Shown here piece by piece: positions 1-12,458 of a stretch of DNA of 24,797 nt; within the stretch, counting starts at the first letter, position 1; each line of letters starts with the position of its first letter. The DNA comes from Seison nebaliae. Taxonomy: Eukaryota. The notes beneath the pieces are model-generated. The model ran no database searches, was not told the DNA's origin, and was given only the letters and a program-made list of their open reading frames with translations. The position numbers were made by a program, and so were the translations under genes. The stretch is from NCBI GenBank assembly GCA_023231475.1, contig JALJEE010002733.1:186001-210797 (forward strand), read 5' to 3'.

Positions 1-2103
1 GCTGACTTTCATTTAATAAATGACGATTCGTATGTTGATGCTTCATTTGTTGGGTGTCTGTTATCGATTTCCGACTATGTGTTCGCGATTTCGGTCTATA
101 TTTTCTTTTCTGATGTTTCGAATTACCATATTCTAATTTATCTACTTTGTTGCCATGTGACTGTTCCGAATTACGTATGGTTACATCTGTTATGGATTTA
201 GTATATATGACCGATGATGTATTATCTGATTCTCCTCCTTTTAATTCATCGGTCGGATTGACTAAAGTTCCACTAGTCGCTAATAATTGATTGGGAATGT
301 ATGTGAGAGAGAGTGTTGTACTGGAAGTTTTCGTGAGACTGGGATGACGTCGTTTTGAAGAATGACTTCGTCTTATCGTCGTACGATGTTTACTGGAAGT
401 TTTGTTTTGTGAATGTGATCCTTTAAGATGAGCGGAAATTTTCGATTTTACCGAATGACGACATCTCAGTGATCTACTATCATTCGATTTAGTCCGAACT
501 TTCTCATCATCCATTCCAAAACGACCACCTTGAATTCTGCTCGAATTGACACGTGATTTATGTTTATAAATCTTCGAAGAAGAATGACGTCTACTGTGAT
601 GGATAGATGCTTGAGAAGACGATTTGCCAATGGCCGATTTCTTCATCATTTGTATTTCGTTGTTCAATTCATTAATTTGTCTGATTAACGAACCTTGATC
701 CATATATTCCAAATTCGTATTAACAGCACGTGGTACACTAAAATCTTTAGGACGTAATCGTTCGACTGTTTTGAATTCTAATCGATTCTTCTCCAATAAA
801 ATCTTTAACATATTCTCTAAATTTTCCGTTCGCTTCTTTATAATTTCCGCTTCTGTTAAATCTATTATGTTAGCGATTGGTTTTTCCGATGGAGCATTCT
901 TTATGTTCAGTTCATCTTCAAATGAAAAACCAAAATTCATTCGAGTGATATTGAGTTCGTTTAGATCCGAAGATTTACATGGAGACTTTAAAGTTGAATT
1001 GATAATTTGCTTCGATTTCGTTTTCTCCAAAAACGGTGGTTTAGATTTCGGACAAACCTTATCATCAACTGTCGAATATGTGAACGTTTTATGTTCCTTC
1101 TTTTGTCGACGATGTTCTTGTTCGTATGTGGATGGCGGAAAATATTTGAAATTATCTTTTCCTGTAGATTGTCTAAATTCTTTAGATTTGAATGTTTGGA
1201 ACTCTTTCTTCGCATCATACAACGATTGACGTACATTCTCATTCTCTTTAAATTGTGATTTCATACTTGGAGGAATAGGAACATTCGTATCAGGAGCGAT
1301 AGGTGTCTGTGAACCTTTCTTCTTTATTGGTTCTACAAATTTCTTACAATAAAGTTCTGTTTCTTCATCTTTCCCAACACTCTCACTCTAAATAAAATTG
1401 TCATTATAATGTAATTCTTGTTAAGTAAAATGAAACCGTCGTACATGGTAATGAAACATGTGGTGGTTTATATTCTATAAAAGATTTTATAGATTATAAA
1501 TATTTGCTTTTCAAGAAAATTAGATAAGAAATATTAACCACATAAAGGCAAAGTGACATTAAGTTCCCTCAATCGTGCTCGTACTTGTTTCCGACGTATA
1601 TCCAATTGTTCTTTGTCAATTTTCGATTTAACTTTATTCAGATAATTTTGAGATTGTTTCAATTTGAGAAATTTTTCTTTGCCGATCAATGTCTCTGGTA
1701 TAACATCTTCACGATCGACCGATGTTTTATCGCCCTCTTTTTTCTTCATCATTTTAGCAACACTGTTCAATGTCATCAGATCGTTGAGATATGTGTCGGA
1801 TTTATTGCACGGTTTGGCAATTCCTTTCTCGGAGAGATATCCAATTTGGTTGGTATCATAACGATTATCGACGACACCCTTCTCTAATAAAGTTCTCAGG
1901 TAAAACAAATGTTTACCATTCGATAATTCGACATCTAACAACCGGGGCATGGCTTTCTTTAAATTTGTTGCGGAGCACTTGGGAGATTGAACATCAACAT
2001 TTTTAGATAGTTCTTCCATTTTAAGCTCGCTACCGCTTAAGCGAACAAAATCACAACAAAGAGACTCATCCGATACATAATCATTGTCGGCTAAACACTT
2101 CAT
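1..2103 (-). CDS. Hypothetical hydrophilic (K/S/R/H-rich) protein, 3' end runs off the window. Exons 2103-1539, 1474-1437, 1387-<1
   Basis: ORF 1534-2163 (first ATG at 2103) joins through two GT-AG introns (1538-1475, 64 nt, GTTAAT..TAG; 1436-1388, 49 nt, GTTTCA..TAG) to a frame open from 1387 to base 1 (SESVGKDEETELYCKKF...HTNRHLLNESQ). The ORF track misses that frame, probably because it has no stop in the window. No domain recognised. Confidence 0.7.
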
Positions 2104-2418
2104 GTTTCGAAACAGATTTCGTATAATTTCATGTAGGTAAAAACTTAAAATGAAGTAGTCCAAAATAAAAAAAAAGATTTAAAAAATTTTCAATTAAGTT
2201 TCGCTTTTCTTTGATGTAGTAAAAAAGTAGAAATTCCGTTTTTTCGGAAAATGGCAATTTTTTGCTTTTCCACTTTTCATTCGTTGGGAAAGACAACGAA
2301 TTTTGTGATTACATTCGATTTCAATAATGTTCACATTTTTATTACTTCGAAACTTTATTTATTTGAATTATGAAAGTCAACACTAAAAATTATCTGGGAA
2401 TCATCATCCTAATCTGCT

Positions 2419-4762
2419 TCATTGAATTTGACAAGCTGCCTTATTTTTTATTTTTTTCTCATTTTTGAATTTTGGAGTTTCTCTTTCTGAAGACAATTCC
2501 ACGAAAGTTTGTCCTTTCGTTTCTTCAGTTTTCATCAACTCCGTTTCTTCGTTCTTGTGTTTCAGTTCAATTAGTTTCGAATCAAAAATATCACTTCCCT
2601 CCCCGAACGAATTATTATCAATCGATTCGTTTTCTTTTGATATTGTTGGAAAATATGTGATGGGAAACGACAAATCAATTTGGGTTTGTGTTGACTTCAT
2701 CGAACGTACAGTAGTATTGGGAAGTTCATCGAATTCACTATTACTTTTTTCTGATTCAACTTTAAATTCTTCTTCATTCTCTTCTTCCGATTTACTCTCT
2801 AATGTTGCAACGAACATTTCGAACGGTTTTTGAGTACAATTCAAAATTTCACCATTCTTTTTCAAGAAAATTTCACAATTATTCTCAACCACTTCTGTGG
2901 TGGGAACGACTCTGTTCGGTGTGACTGGTGTCAACTTTATGCGGCTCTCATCGGGAAATAATAAACTGTTGATTGACGAATCTTTAGTAAATGGAATTGT
3001 TGAATGACCATAGTCATCTTTGAAAGTGTTTCTATATCGATTATTCGAAAGTTCGATAGTTCTGGGAAATTTGAAATGACAAATTAAAGATGATTTCAAA
3101 AATTAACTTGGATGGATTTGGAAAATTTTTATTAATCACTTTTTTAGGAGTGTTGCCTAATACGCCTATCATTTTTCTCGGGAATAATTGTCGATGACCA
3201 ATATCAGTTGTGAATGGATTGTCGAAATCGAGACCTTTCCGATGTTTCGAACTAGTGTTAGGTAAATTGCAATTAGCGACAGATGTTAAATCGGTACATG
3301 AAGTCGCATACATATGTTTTTCGAAGTTGGTTTGAGAATGTTTGAAAGGTTCCTTCTTCTCCATTTTGGTGGAAAGAGTCGTTCGAATTTTATTCTTTCT
3401 TTCACCCATCTTCGCAGGTGACAAACTCATTTTTTTATGTTTCTGATGATTTACTCTAGAAACTGACGATGATTCTCCCATCGGCTTTTTTCGTTGACTC
3501 TCTTTCTCACTCTTACTACGTATCTGCGGTTTGTCATTCATTCGGAGACTCTTCTTATTAACGAACGGATCTACAAACGTCTCTTCTCCAACTACTTGTT
3601 TACCCTTCTTTTGCACCAACTTACTCTTATCCAATATGATGACGATATGTTTCTCTGGATTGTATTTGAATTTCGTCCCTGGATTTTGTATGGAAATCGC
3701 CTTATTTACATTCACTTCATCAGAAAACGGACTGAGTTCCACTCCATATTTCGAGAATGAACTCATTCGATACGTTTCCTCCGAAATATCAGCCAAACAT
3801 GGCGTAGATGTGGCGCTGTCTTGGAACTTCTTATTTTCCGATTTATTATTCTTCTCACATTTAATCGGTTTCGTATATACTGCTAACGAATTGTATGATT
3901 CAAGCACTGGATCTGATAAATTATCAGCATCTATTATAAGTAACGGTTTTTCTTTCTCCGGATTTGAAGTTCTTCGAAGTCCTGTATCGATCTCTAATTC
4001 GGCATTAGTATCATTTATTTTCTTTTCCATTTGCCGTAAAGACAGATTAACGAAACAATTCGTTGGATTTCCCAATAATCGATTATAAAACGAAACATCT
4101 TTTTTCTCTTGATCCGAAGTTTGAGGAGAGGCTGTATCGGAATATGTCTGATTTGGTTGATAATGAAACAATTTCTCATTCTCTCCTTTATCACTCTCAG
4201 GTGATAATTTCATAAAGTTACGTTTTGTTATATGTTCTTTAAATATGTCGTCGGTGGAGAGGACTAACGTATTATGTGGCTTACTAGATTGATTGGTGTT
4301 TGTACAATTATCATTTGACGGTTTCGAATTATTGGAGAGTTCTTTTCCATATAAAATTTCTGGATCCTGTGATAAGTTCTGAGAGTCATTTGCTGGTAAT
4401 ATTTCTAATGGATCGGTAGTTGGTTGTTGTAATAACGTTTTAACTTCGTCCGTATTATATGTGTAATACGTATTGGTATTAGTAACGTCCATGTTAGTTG
4501 GCCTGTGGAGAGTGGTAGGGTAGTAGGTAGTCGGCTCATCTTTCCCATTCGGAGTTGAGAAAGGTATGAGAGATGTTTGTAGATTGTCTGACAAAGAGAT
4601 TTTGTTTTCGCAAAAATTCCTAATATAAGCACTACTTCCTTTAGATATGGGCAATTGAGTTCGACGAATGTCGATTGTCGGAACGATTTTCTCCTCCGTC
4701 AAATTGAATATCGTCTCATCGTAATAAGCGGAAGCACCATCATAAGTTGCACCGTTTGTCAT
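2419..4762 (-). CDS. Hypothetical ~765-aa low-complexity, probably disordered protein. Exons 4762-3108, 3061-2419
   Basis: Overlapping ORFs 3041-4762 and 2419-3099 are joined in frame by a 46-nt intron 3107-3062 (GTTAAT..CCCAG), giving ...NPSK-TIELSN.... No domain recognised. Confidence 0.75.
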
Positions 4763-5051
4763 TTAAGTGATTTGGGTTTTAGTTTATCATTAAAATTAAC
4801 GTAAAGAATCAGGAGCACAAAGGAAAGGAAAGATCAAAAAATGAATACAACAAATTTTCACTTTTATTGGATAATTTAATGTTTGTGTATCCCATTTATC
4901 TATTGCATTCAAACTAGTCAAACCGCTTTCAAAATGGATCAGACTAGTTCAATTTTGAATATAAGCAATAGGAGTTAGTGAAAGTAATTGAGAAATAATT
5001 TTAATTTTCATATTAATCATTTCGTTTAATATCCGTTTCAAGTAATTTCGA
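4763..5051. promoter_or_regulatory. Short head-to-head intergenic spacer, probable bidirectional promoter region
   Basis: Only 289 bp between divergent start codons at 4762 (-) and 5052 (+). Inferred from geometry only. Confidence 0.45.
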
Positions 5052-8000
5052 ATGAGTTATAATTTTTCTAATGCATCCGTCATCAACACCTTAAGTCACA
5101 CCACATACTCTTACAACGCTTTACGATGGTATATGGGCATCAGCGGATTCTTGTATCTAATGCTCTTCTTCAGTGTCATCTGTTGCTTCAGCTGTGCACC
5201 AGCCGACAAAAAACAGAAACGTCGTATTAAGAGACCACGACAATATGAACTGACTAATTTATTTGATGAGCATCTTATCAAATTCTACATCTATTACGTC
5301 TTCATGTTAGTTTCCACCATTTCCATGACACCGATAATTGGCAATATATTCTCTATCGCCATGTCATGCTTACTCTTTACCGCTATCATTATGTTACTTG
5401 TTGGTCCGTTGTTTCTTTTAATGAACAACAAAGAATAACTCTCTTTACTTTAGGTGCATCATAAACTTTTTTGGAAAATTTTAAAAGTTATACTGGCACT
5501 CATTTTAATTGTTTGTTTACTCAAATGCACCTTTCTCTTACTCTACCTCTTCTACAAACCACTAGCGAAACATAACTTGGTAAAGAAATGGTTAGTTATC
5601 ATTGAATTCAACTAATTCTCTCATTAATTTCCATATTCCTAAAGGAAAGTCGATTTGGGTATCTATTCGAAAAACCAAATAATTGCACATTGCGTTATTT
5701 TGGGGTCGTTGGTAATTCATGTTCTCACTTTCCTCTTAGTTTATCGGAAGAGATGGGAAATGAGAGTGATCGACTATAAATATCAGTTCTTATTACAAGT
5801 GAAAGATATCCTTCATGACGATCTTTCAAATCAATATATGAATGAGACATTCCAATTGGTAAGAGAATCAGATGCGACTAAAGATAAAACGGAAGGAATC
5901 ACTGGATCATCCACTCTCAAGCTTTCCAATAAGAACCAGAAGAAAGATCGTGGTAAATTATTTTGTTGGAATTGTGGCGAATGGGAAACGAAATTTCGAC
6001 AAATCGCCCTTCATCTCATAAAGAAAGTGTTCTATGTTCATTGTAGCACCATTGTCAGTTTCGTCTGTATTTGGGTGGCCGTATCGGATGCTACGCCAAT
6101 CAACAGTTTATTCCTAATGATTGGATTGACAATGTTGTTGATCAAAATTAAGTATCGTGATATCGCTTCTTGTGTAGCTGTAATATTTACATGTATGAAA
6201 TTGTTAATCATTAATATTTTGAAATTGCATCCGTTTGATAAATTTTATGCGAAAATTAATAAGAAATGTGCTGTTAGTTCTCTACCCTTTCCTTCCATAG
6301 CATCTTTTCTTCCTTATTAAGAATGACGTGTCTTATACAAGTCTCATTGATTATATAGGCTTAAGTAGAGAACCGAAGACCACCGAATATTTTTTGGTTT
6401 TATTCAAAATTTTCAAAATTTTCCTATTAAATTAAAATCTCTTTCCTTCATCTTAGCCACATATCGCACTAATTACGGTATGTGTCCTTGAGAAGATGTG
6501 CACCATGTACTGTATTAATTCGAACGATCGAGAGACGTCATACGTATATCAAATTTTCCTACCAACTCATCGTTTCCAAGTGTTGAAAACGTTGCCGGAT
6601 GTATTCAAATACATCGTCGATTTCACTTTCTATTGTTTGGGTATAGAAGTTCATCATATTTCCTAGATTCTTATTTTATTCAAACAGTTTTTAGGTAACT
6701 ATTGGCTGTTTATTGATCGGCGTAGTTCATCATTCCGATATGCATTGTCTCGTCTACGTCATGTGGATCTTCATCATCTACTTCTCCAGTCGATCGACTC
6801 AACGACGAATATGGCCCATTTTCTGCATATATAATTGGATGTCTTTATTTCTCCAATATCTATCCATCATCGGTCTGGCACCACATTTTTGCATTCAATA
6901 TCCGTGGACGGGACGTATCTCCAATCCATTAATTCGTTGGTTAATGTTGCCACATTATGGGGCGAGTTCGAAAGCTTTATATCTCATAGGTTATTCTACA
7001 ACTCTATGGAAAATTCTTATTCTAAAATTTATTCTTTTTAGCCGATGGTATAATATTGATAGCGAGTTTTAATCAGAATTTCGTATTTCGTATGGAATTG
7101 AAAGATGCTTATATTTATTATGGTGGCAGTAACGGTTTGGACAAAAGGCGAGGAACTAGTAGACCGTTCCCAATTGAAAGGTTTTGGAAATTTCACTCTC
7201 ATATCATAAACAATTAAATTCACAACTTGTCAATATTTATACTCGTTATTAGTTTCAAGATGTTGGGCGAGTTTAAGAACATATCATTTCGATATACCTA
7301 TTGGGTATGTTTAGCAGTAGTGATGTGGACTGGAATTAGCAACGAGAATTTATATGGAATATTCTATATTATCGTCTCGTTTCTATTCTTCTCGAAAGGA
7401 TATCCATTTCTCGCATTAACTCGCAAGAAATTAGTGAATCGGTTAGTCTGATTTCTATTCTTTACAAATCTCAATTGATGATGATAGATGGAATATTATT
7501 ATCAGTTGTTCAATTTTAGTACTACTAGCGAAGGCGTGTGCTCAACTTCTCGTTTGTCAATTCAAATTAAGTTGTGAACTTCAATTAATCGTAGGCGCTA
7601 AATGTCCTATCGGTTTGAATTTTTAAAAATCAAAACAAACATTTTTATTTTTATTCAAAGGAAAAAATAGTTCCGATTGTCCGTCACTGCGAGAAACGAT
7701 TATGGGATATGATTCATTCTGCTTATTCTTTCTCATTCTACAAGCACGTCTTTTTCGCACCAGATATTTCCAACAAATTCAAGTTAACGTATCTGTCGAA
7801 TTAGAATTGGCGAAGAAGTTCTTTGCATCATTCCTATTTCATTTTTCTTCATTTTTCTTTTCAAAAAGAGGAGGCGAAGTACTACATCAGTTTCTTGTGC
7901 AAAGGAGACGTATTGCCGATTTACGTGAACGAGTTGAATGGACAATTATGTCGATAGATGCAGCGGAAAGTGAATATGAATTGGAATTGATAACGATGTA

Positions 8001-11000
8001 TCAAGATCATTATGCGGCTATGAGAAGTGTGGGAGAATATATGTTTAAAGCTCCTCCATCTTTACCCGATCTCCATCGATGGTTATATGAAATTCAGAAT
8101 ATACCCAACGCAGTTACCATGCCACAACGACGAATGGGGAAGGCAAATACGGAAAATTTATTCACTGCCCAAGTACCTCAACTGAGTCCGATTGGATTAG
8201 TGGAAACATATATTTATAAAGGAGGTCGAGAAGTTTTGCGATTGGATGAATTGAGAAGTAAAGTGGGCAGTATCTATCCAACGATACGACATGATTCGGA
8301 TTACACTCTGAACGAAAAGAATAAACTTGGCTTCATTTTCTTCTACACATATATCGATGCCGTTATTGAAATTTTCAATTCTATCAGTTCCGATAATCTT
8401 CGAGTAACGTGGATGTTAAAGAAGAATCGTCAAGAAGCATTGAAAGCACGTATTCCAGATTACGAGGAGAGTCCTCATTCGTTAATGAGCAAACAAAAAC
8501 GAATAGCTTTAGAAGAGAAGATAACTAGTTCTTTACTTCTCAATCGATTCATTGGAATGTCGAGTATTCGCACAAATAAATTCGATGTTGATTATGGACA
8601 AATTCATCATTGTGATCCACGTTTGGTTGAGTCGTTCGAAACGTATAAAAGAGATTTCGCTAAGAAATTAGTCGAAGGAAATATAGCGAATGTTTATGAA
8701 GCTATCGAAATGGCCCTAGATGAAATTGAACGGAAAATTGCTTATGGCGGTTTCTTCAGTAAATCTGATATTAAAATTCAATCGGATGTTGAAAATGTCA
8801 AACCTGATATGCGAACTAATTCGACCAGAAAAGAAGATAAGCATTATGAGAAAGTTAATCGAGATGAATTGTTACAAATGCAATTGAAATTAGCACAATT
8901 TACATCGTGTCTCGTCTCTCCCACCTACAGTCGTGAGAGAGATCTCTTCGATTTGGAAGAGAATTTCTCCGGAGTTATCGGTCGACTATTTTATGCTCTT
9001 ATCAGTTTTGGACGAGTTTTAGAAACACGATCCGATTACATATGTTATGGAGCAATTATTGTTCAACAAATTTGGATGCCCTCATTACCAGGAGTAGCTT
9101 TAGCAATCTTTATTTTTATTTGGGGTATGGTCATCCAACCACGTCCTTCGAAAGATTTTTGGGTTTTTATGATATTTTATATCGAAATTATAATTTTGGC
9201 AAGATTTCTCACTTCATATCTATATCTATTTCCCACTATCTCTGTCGTCATCGATAAATATTCTTATTATTTTTCATTATTATTGGGAATCTCATCTGAA
9301 AGGAAATTCATCGTCGAATTTCTTCTCCTTTCATTGTTTTATCATCAAGCCGTTTTGTTCAAATATGGTTATTGGAGTAGTCGAATGACAACGCCAAAAG
9401 AGAAACGAGTAATCGATGAAGAACAAGAAGAGAATACCACACAAATATCACATCATAGCCATACCTCCACTTTATATACGACACAAACGAAATTATTAAA
9501 AGATGAACTTCGGAAATCATCTCCATATTTCTTAAGAATGATTCGTCTCATTCGAAATCAGTTACAACAGCCGTGTGTTATTACTTCGTATGATTGGTAT
9601 ACCATAATGTTCTGTTGCGAATTACTCAATTTACTCCTTCTCACATTTGGTTATTCGTCTTTCTCTGGTGCGGAAACGGCAGACGTCTTCACCAATTTCG
9701 AGAGGAATGAAATACCAAAACTTTTCTTCTATTTGATCTTCCTACAATTCAGTTGTATGTTCATTGATCGAGTACTCTATCTGAAGAAATCGAACAAAGC
9801 AAAATATATTTTTCAAATCATTCATTTAATTTTGGTAGAATATTATGTTTTCATTCATTTACCTCGATTTGGTCACACGTTCACTTTTCTCCTTTTTATT
9901 ATCAAATCAATATTTTTCAGATCTATAACACGAAGTGGTGTTGTCAAAACATTTTATTTAGTGAAATGTCTTTATTTCATCGCATCGGCAGCCCAACTAA
10001 AATCTGGTTATCCAAAACATGTGTTAGGTACGATATTCCGTTCATCTTATGGAATGACATCATACATCATTTATGCTATGTTAGTTTTTATTGAACCATT
10101 CATTCAAACATCATATGGAAATGTTAGTTATCGAGCAATTCCTTTCATGTTAGAATTAAGATATTGTATGGATTGGGTTCTCACACCCACTGGTATCTCT
10201 CTTTCACATTGGATTCAAATCGAAGATATCTTCGCACAAATCTTCTTTAACAAATGTTGGCGAAAAACTGAATCGGTATATCATTTTATAAATAAGATTT
10301 TATTCCAATTAATTTTCCTTCCTAGCAATACACAACTAGACGAGGTTCGAAGAGAATCGGTTTCCCTAAGTATATCGTAGGAATACCGTCAGTGGTCGCT
10401 TGGTTATTAATAATTTGGATACCGATTCTTTTCTTCTCCTTCACCAGTGTCTACTATAGAGAAGCTACGCCAAGTGAAGCTTTTGTCGAAATATCAGTTG
10501 GCGGGGAAGTTAAAATGCTTTTTTTCATTTAAAAAATTTCAATTTCTATTTCAATTAGCCCCTCTATCGGATGGAAGCGGCAAATCAACATATCCATCTT
10601 ATCGGTTTCCGTGAATATATGAATATTCGTAAATGTTATTCACAACAACCCGTTTGTTATTTTATAGAAATTTCTCTTATTTCTCATCCTTTCCAATCCT
10701 TTCCTCAGTCGATGTTAGAGATTTTGAATCGATACAAACCGAGTGATATTGTACGAGCAACATTCCCACCAGCCTCCACCGCTATTTGGAGTATGTCTCA
10801 AGATAATATTGAACGATTCCTGAACGAATTGCGCGAACAAGATAGTTATGAATTCAAATTAACTTATGGAGCCATACGTCCCCACATGAAAAGTACGATG
10901 AGAGATCAAGTAAATGAATTTTTAAAGAATTCGAAAATTCAAATTCTTCCAAAAAATGACGAAAGACGACGAATGATTCGTGAATTTCTTTATCGATTTA

Positions 11001-11761
11001 ATGATACTATCAAATTACCAAATCTCTTTCCAACGATTATGAATATCCATCGGAACGGTATCATTACTCCAGTATATCATTCAAAAATGGCATATGTCAA
11101 TATAACGGCGAGATTTACCAGTATTCTTCCTGAAATGTATTTGCCTTCTATTCATCGCGCATCAAGTAAGAAGAATAATACGAAAGAATATTTCGAGAAA
11201 GTGACAAATAAACCGTTTCTCGGTTGGTGGCATGTAACGCAAGATAATTCGGATGATTGCCTTCCTAAACTACCTGAACATTTAACTATTTATTTCTTAT
11301 GTGATCGACGTTCACCGTCCGAGATTTCATTCTTAACTGGTTATGGAATTGTTGGAATGTATGTCTCATTTGTAATCGTCATCGGCAATATCATTCGTAA
11401 ATATTTCGCAGGAATTTATTCGCAGATTATGTTTAAAGAATTACCGGATGTCGACATCATTTTAAATTTACTGAAATGTATTTATTTAGCAAGAGAGACA
11501 TTATCTTTCCGTATTGAAGAGGCATTAATTGCTCGAATTCTTTTCATCTATCGATCGCCAGAAACTCTCTTCCGATTGACTAGATTGCGACGACAAAAAC
11601 ATCTGGCTCAAATCAAAGGTTTTCAGAGAAATATCGATTGCCATAATCATCCCTATCAATTACCATATCTCATGAAGCAAGTATTCGATGAACATGAGGA
11701 AGCGATACGAATCCAACAACGAATTGAACGTTCCACACGAAATTCATCGTTACACAAATAA
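5052..11761 (+). CDS. piezo: Piezo-family mechanosensitive cation channel, ~1976 aa, 16 exons. Introns 5400-5453, 5591-5644, 6273-6321, 6397-6456, 6649-6694, 6990-7041, 7181-7252, 7442-7487, 7613-7660, 7818-7868, 9879-9920, 10080-10127, 10276-10325, 10509-10558, 10652-10708
   Basis: Family motifs: FKYIVDFTFYCLGIE, FRYTYWVCLAVVMWTG, PRPSKDFW, FIDRVLYLKK, QLKSGYP, the PF-x2-E-x6-W motif (PFMLELRYCMDW), WIQIEDIFAQIF, GYGIVGMYVSFV, IMFKELP, LFIYRSPETL. Removing 15 short GT-AG introns gives one continuous frame and restores motifs such as LAKK-GGE and IYAI-YRAIPF. Confidence 0.95.
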
Positions 11762-12458
11762 TTTAAATAATTTGTTTGAAGAATTGTTTCGATAAAAAAA
11801 AATGTAATTAAGAGATGGAGAGAGAATTCTCATAAATTACGATACTATTTTATCAATTTATTCTTTTTCGTATATTGATATCATTTAATCATTATTACGA
11901 TATTGAAGATTTATAATAGAATTAATTTCATATTAATTTATTCTATTGAAGAAGAAAGAAAGCTATTCGATTTTAATTCTAAAACTTCAAAAATTAATTT
12001 TTACACCAAATTTTCTTTTAATTAAAACTTATTTTTTATTATACCAAATTCTCTTTTTATCAACTTATTATCAAAACTTACTTTTTTTCTATCAAATTTT
12101 CTTTCTTGTTATAATTATTTTTTTATTTTTCTTTTTATCAAAAATTAATTTTTTATTATTCTTTCTATCAATAATTATTTTTTTTTTCTTTACATCAAAA
12201 AAAAAAGAAAAATTTTTTTATTTTAACGAAAAATAAATTGATTGTCGTCCTCGTGATAATGAGTGATCTGGAATTTAGTCGCTTTCTTTCGAGTGATTGA
12301 AATTGAAAAGAAAGGAGAATGTTATATTTGAATGTTTTTTGTAGAAATGAGAATGTTGAATTGTTTAAGTTTACAGCTCAACACTGGTACGTAGTTGAAC
12401 GTTCATTTTTGAAAAAATTGTTGGTTGAGTTGAATAAATTTCATAACGGACAAACAGT

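Noticed and set aside
771..1258. ORFs 771-1229 (+), 1007-1258 (+) and 988-1242 (-)
   Set aside because: Antisense or off-frame shadows of the long minus-strand exon 1387-<1
1585..4632. Plus-strand ORFs (1585-1887, 2465-2833, 3531-4088 etc.) and 4405-4632 (-)
   Set aside because: F/S/L-rich mirror translations or alternate frames of the K/E-rich minus-strand genes, with no family motifs
5052..11761. Piezo fragments read as several genes, a frameshifted pseudogene, or stop-codon reassignment
   Set aside because: Every break is explained by a 42-72 nt GT-AG intron under the standard code
11946..12236. 96-aa hydrophobic ORF
   Set aside because: Artefact of a T-rich low-complexity tract with a TTG start
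12259..12457. Precise 5' exon model for the SMN-like gene
   Set aside because: Several donor choices (GTGATT, GTACGT, GTTGAA) give different frames and no homology decides between them. Excluded from the donor count.
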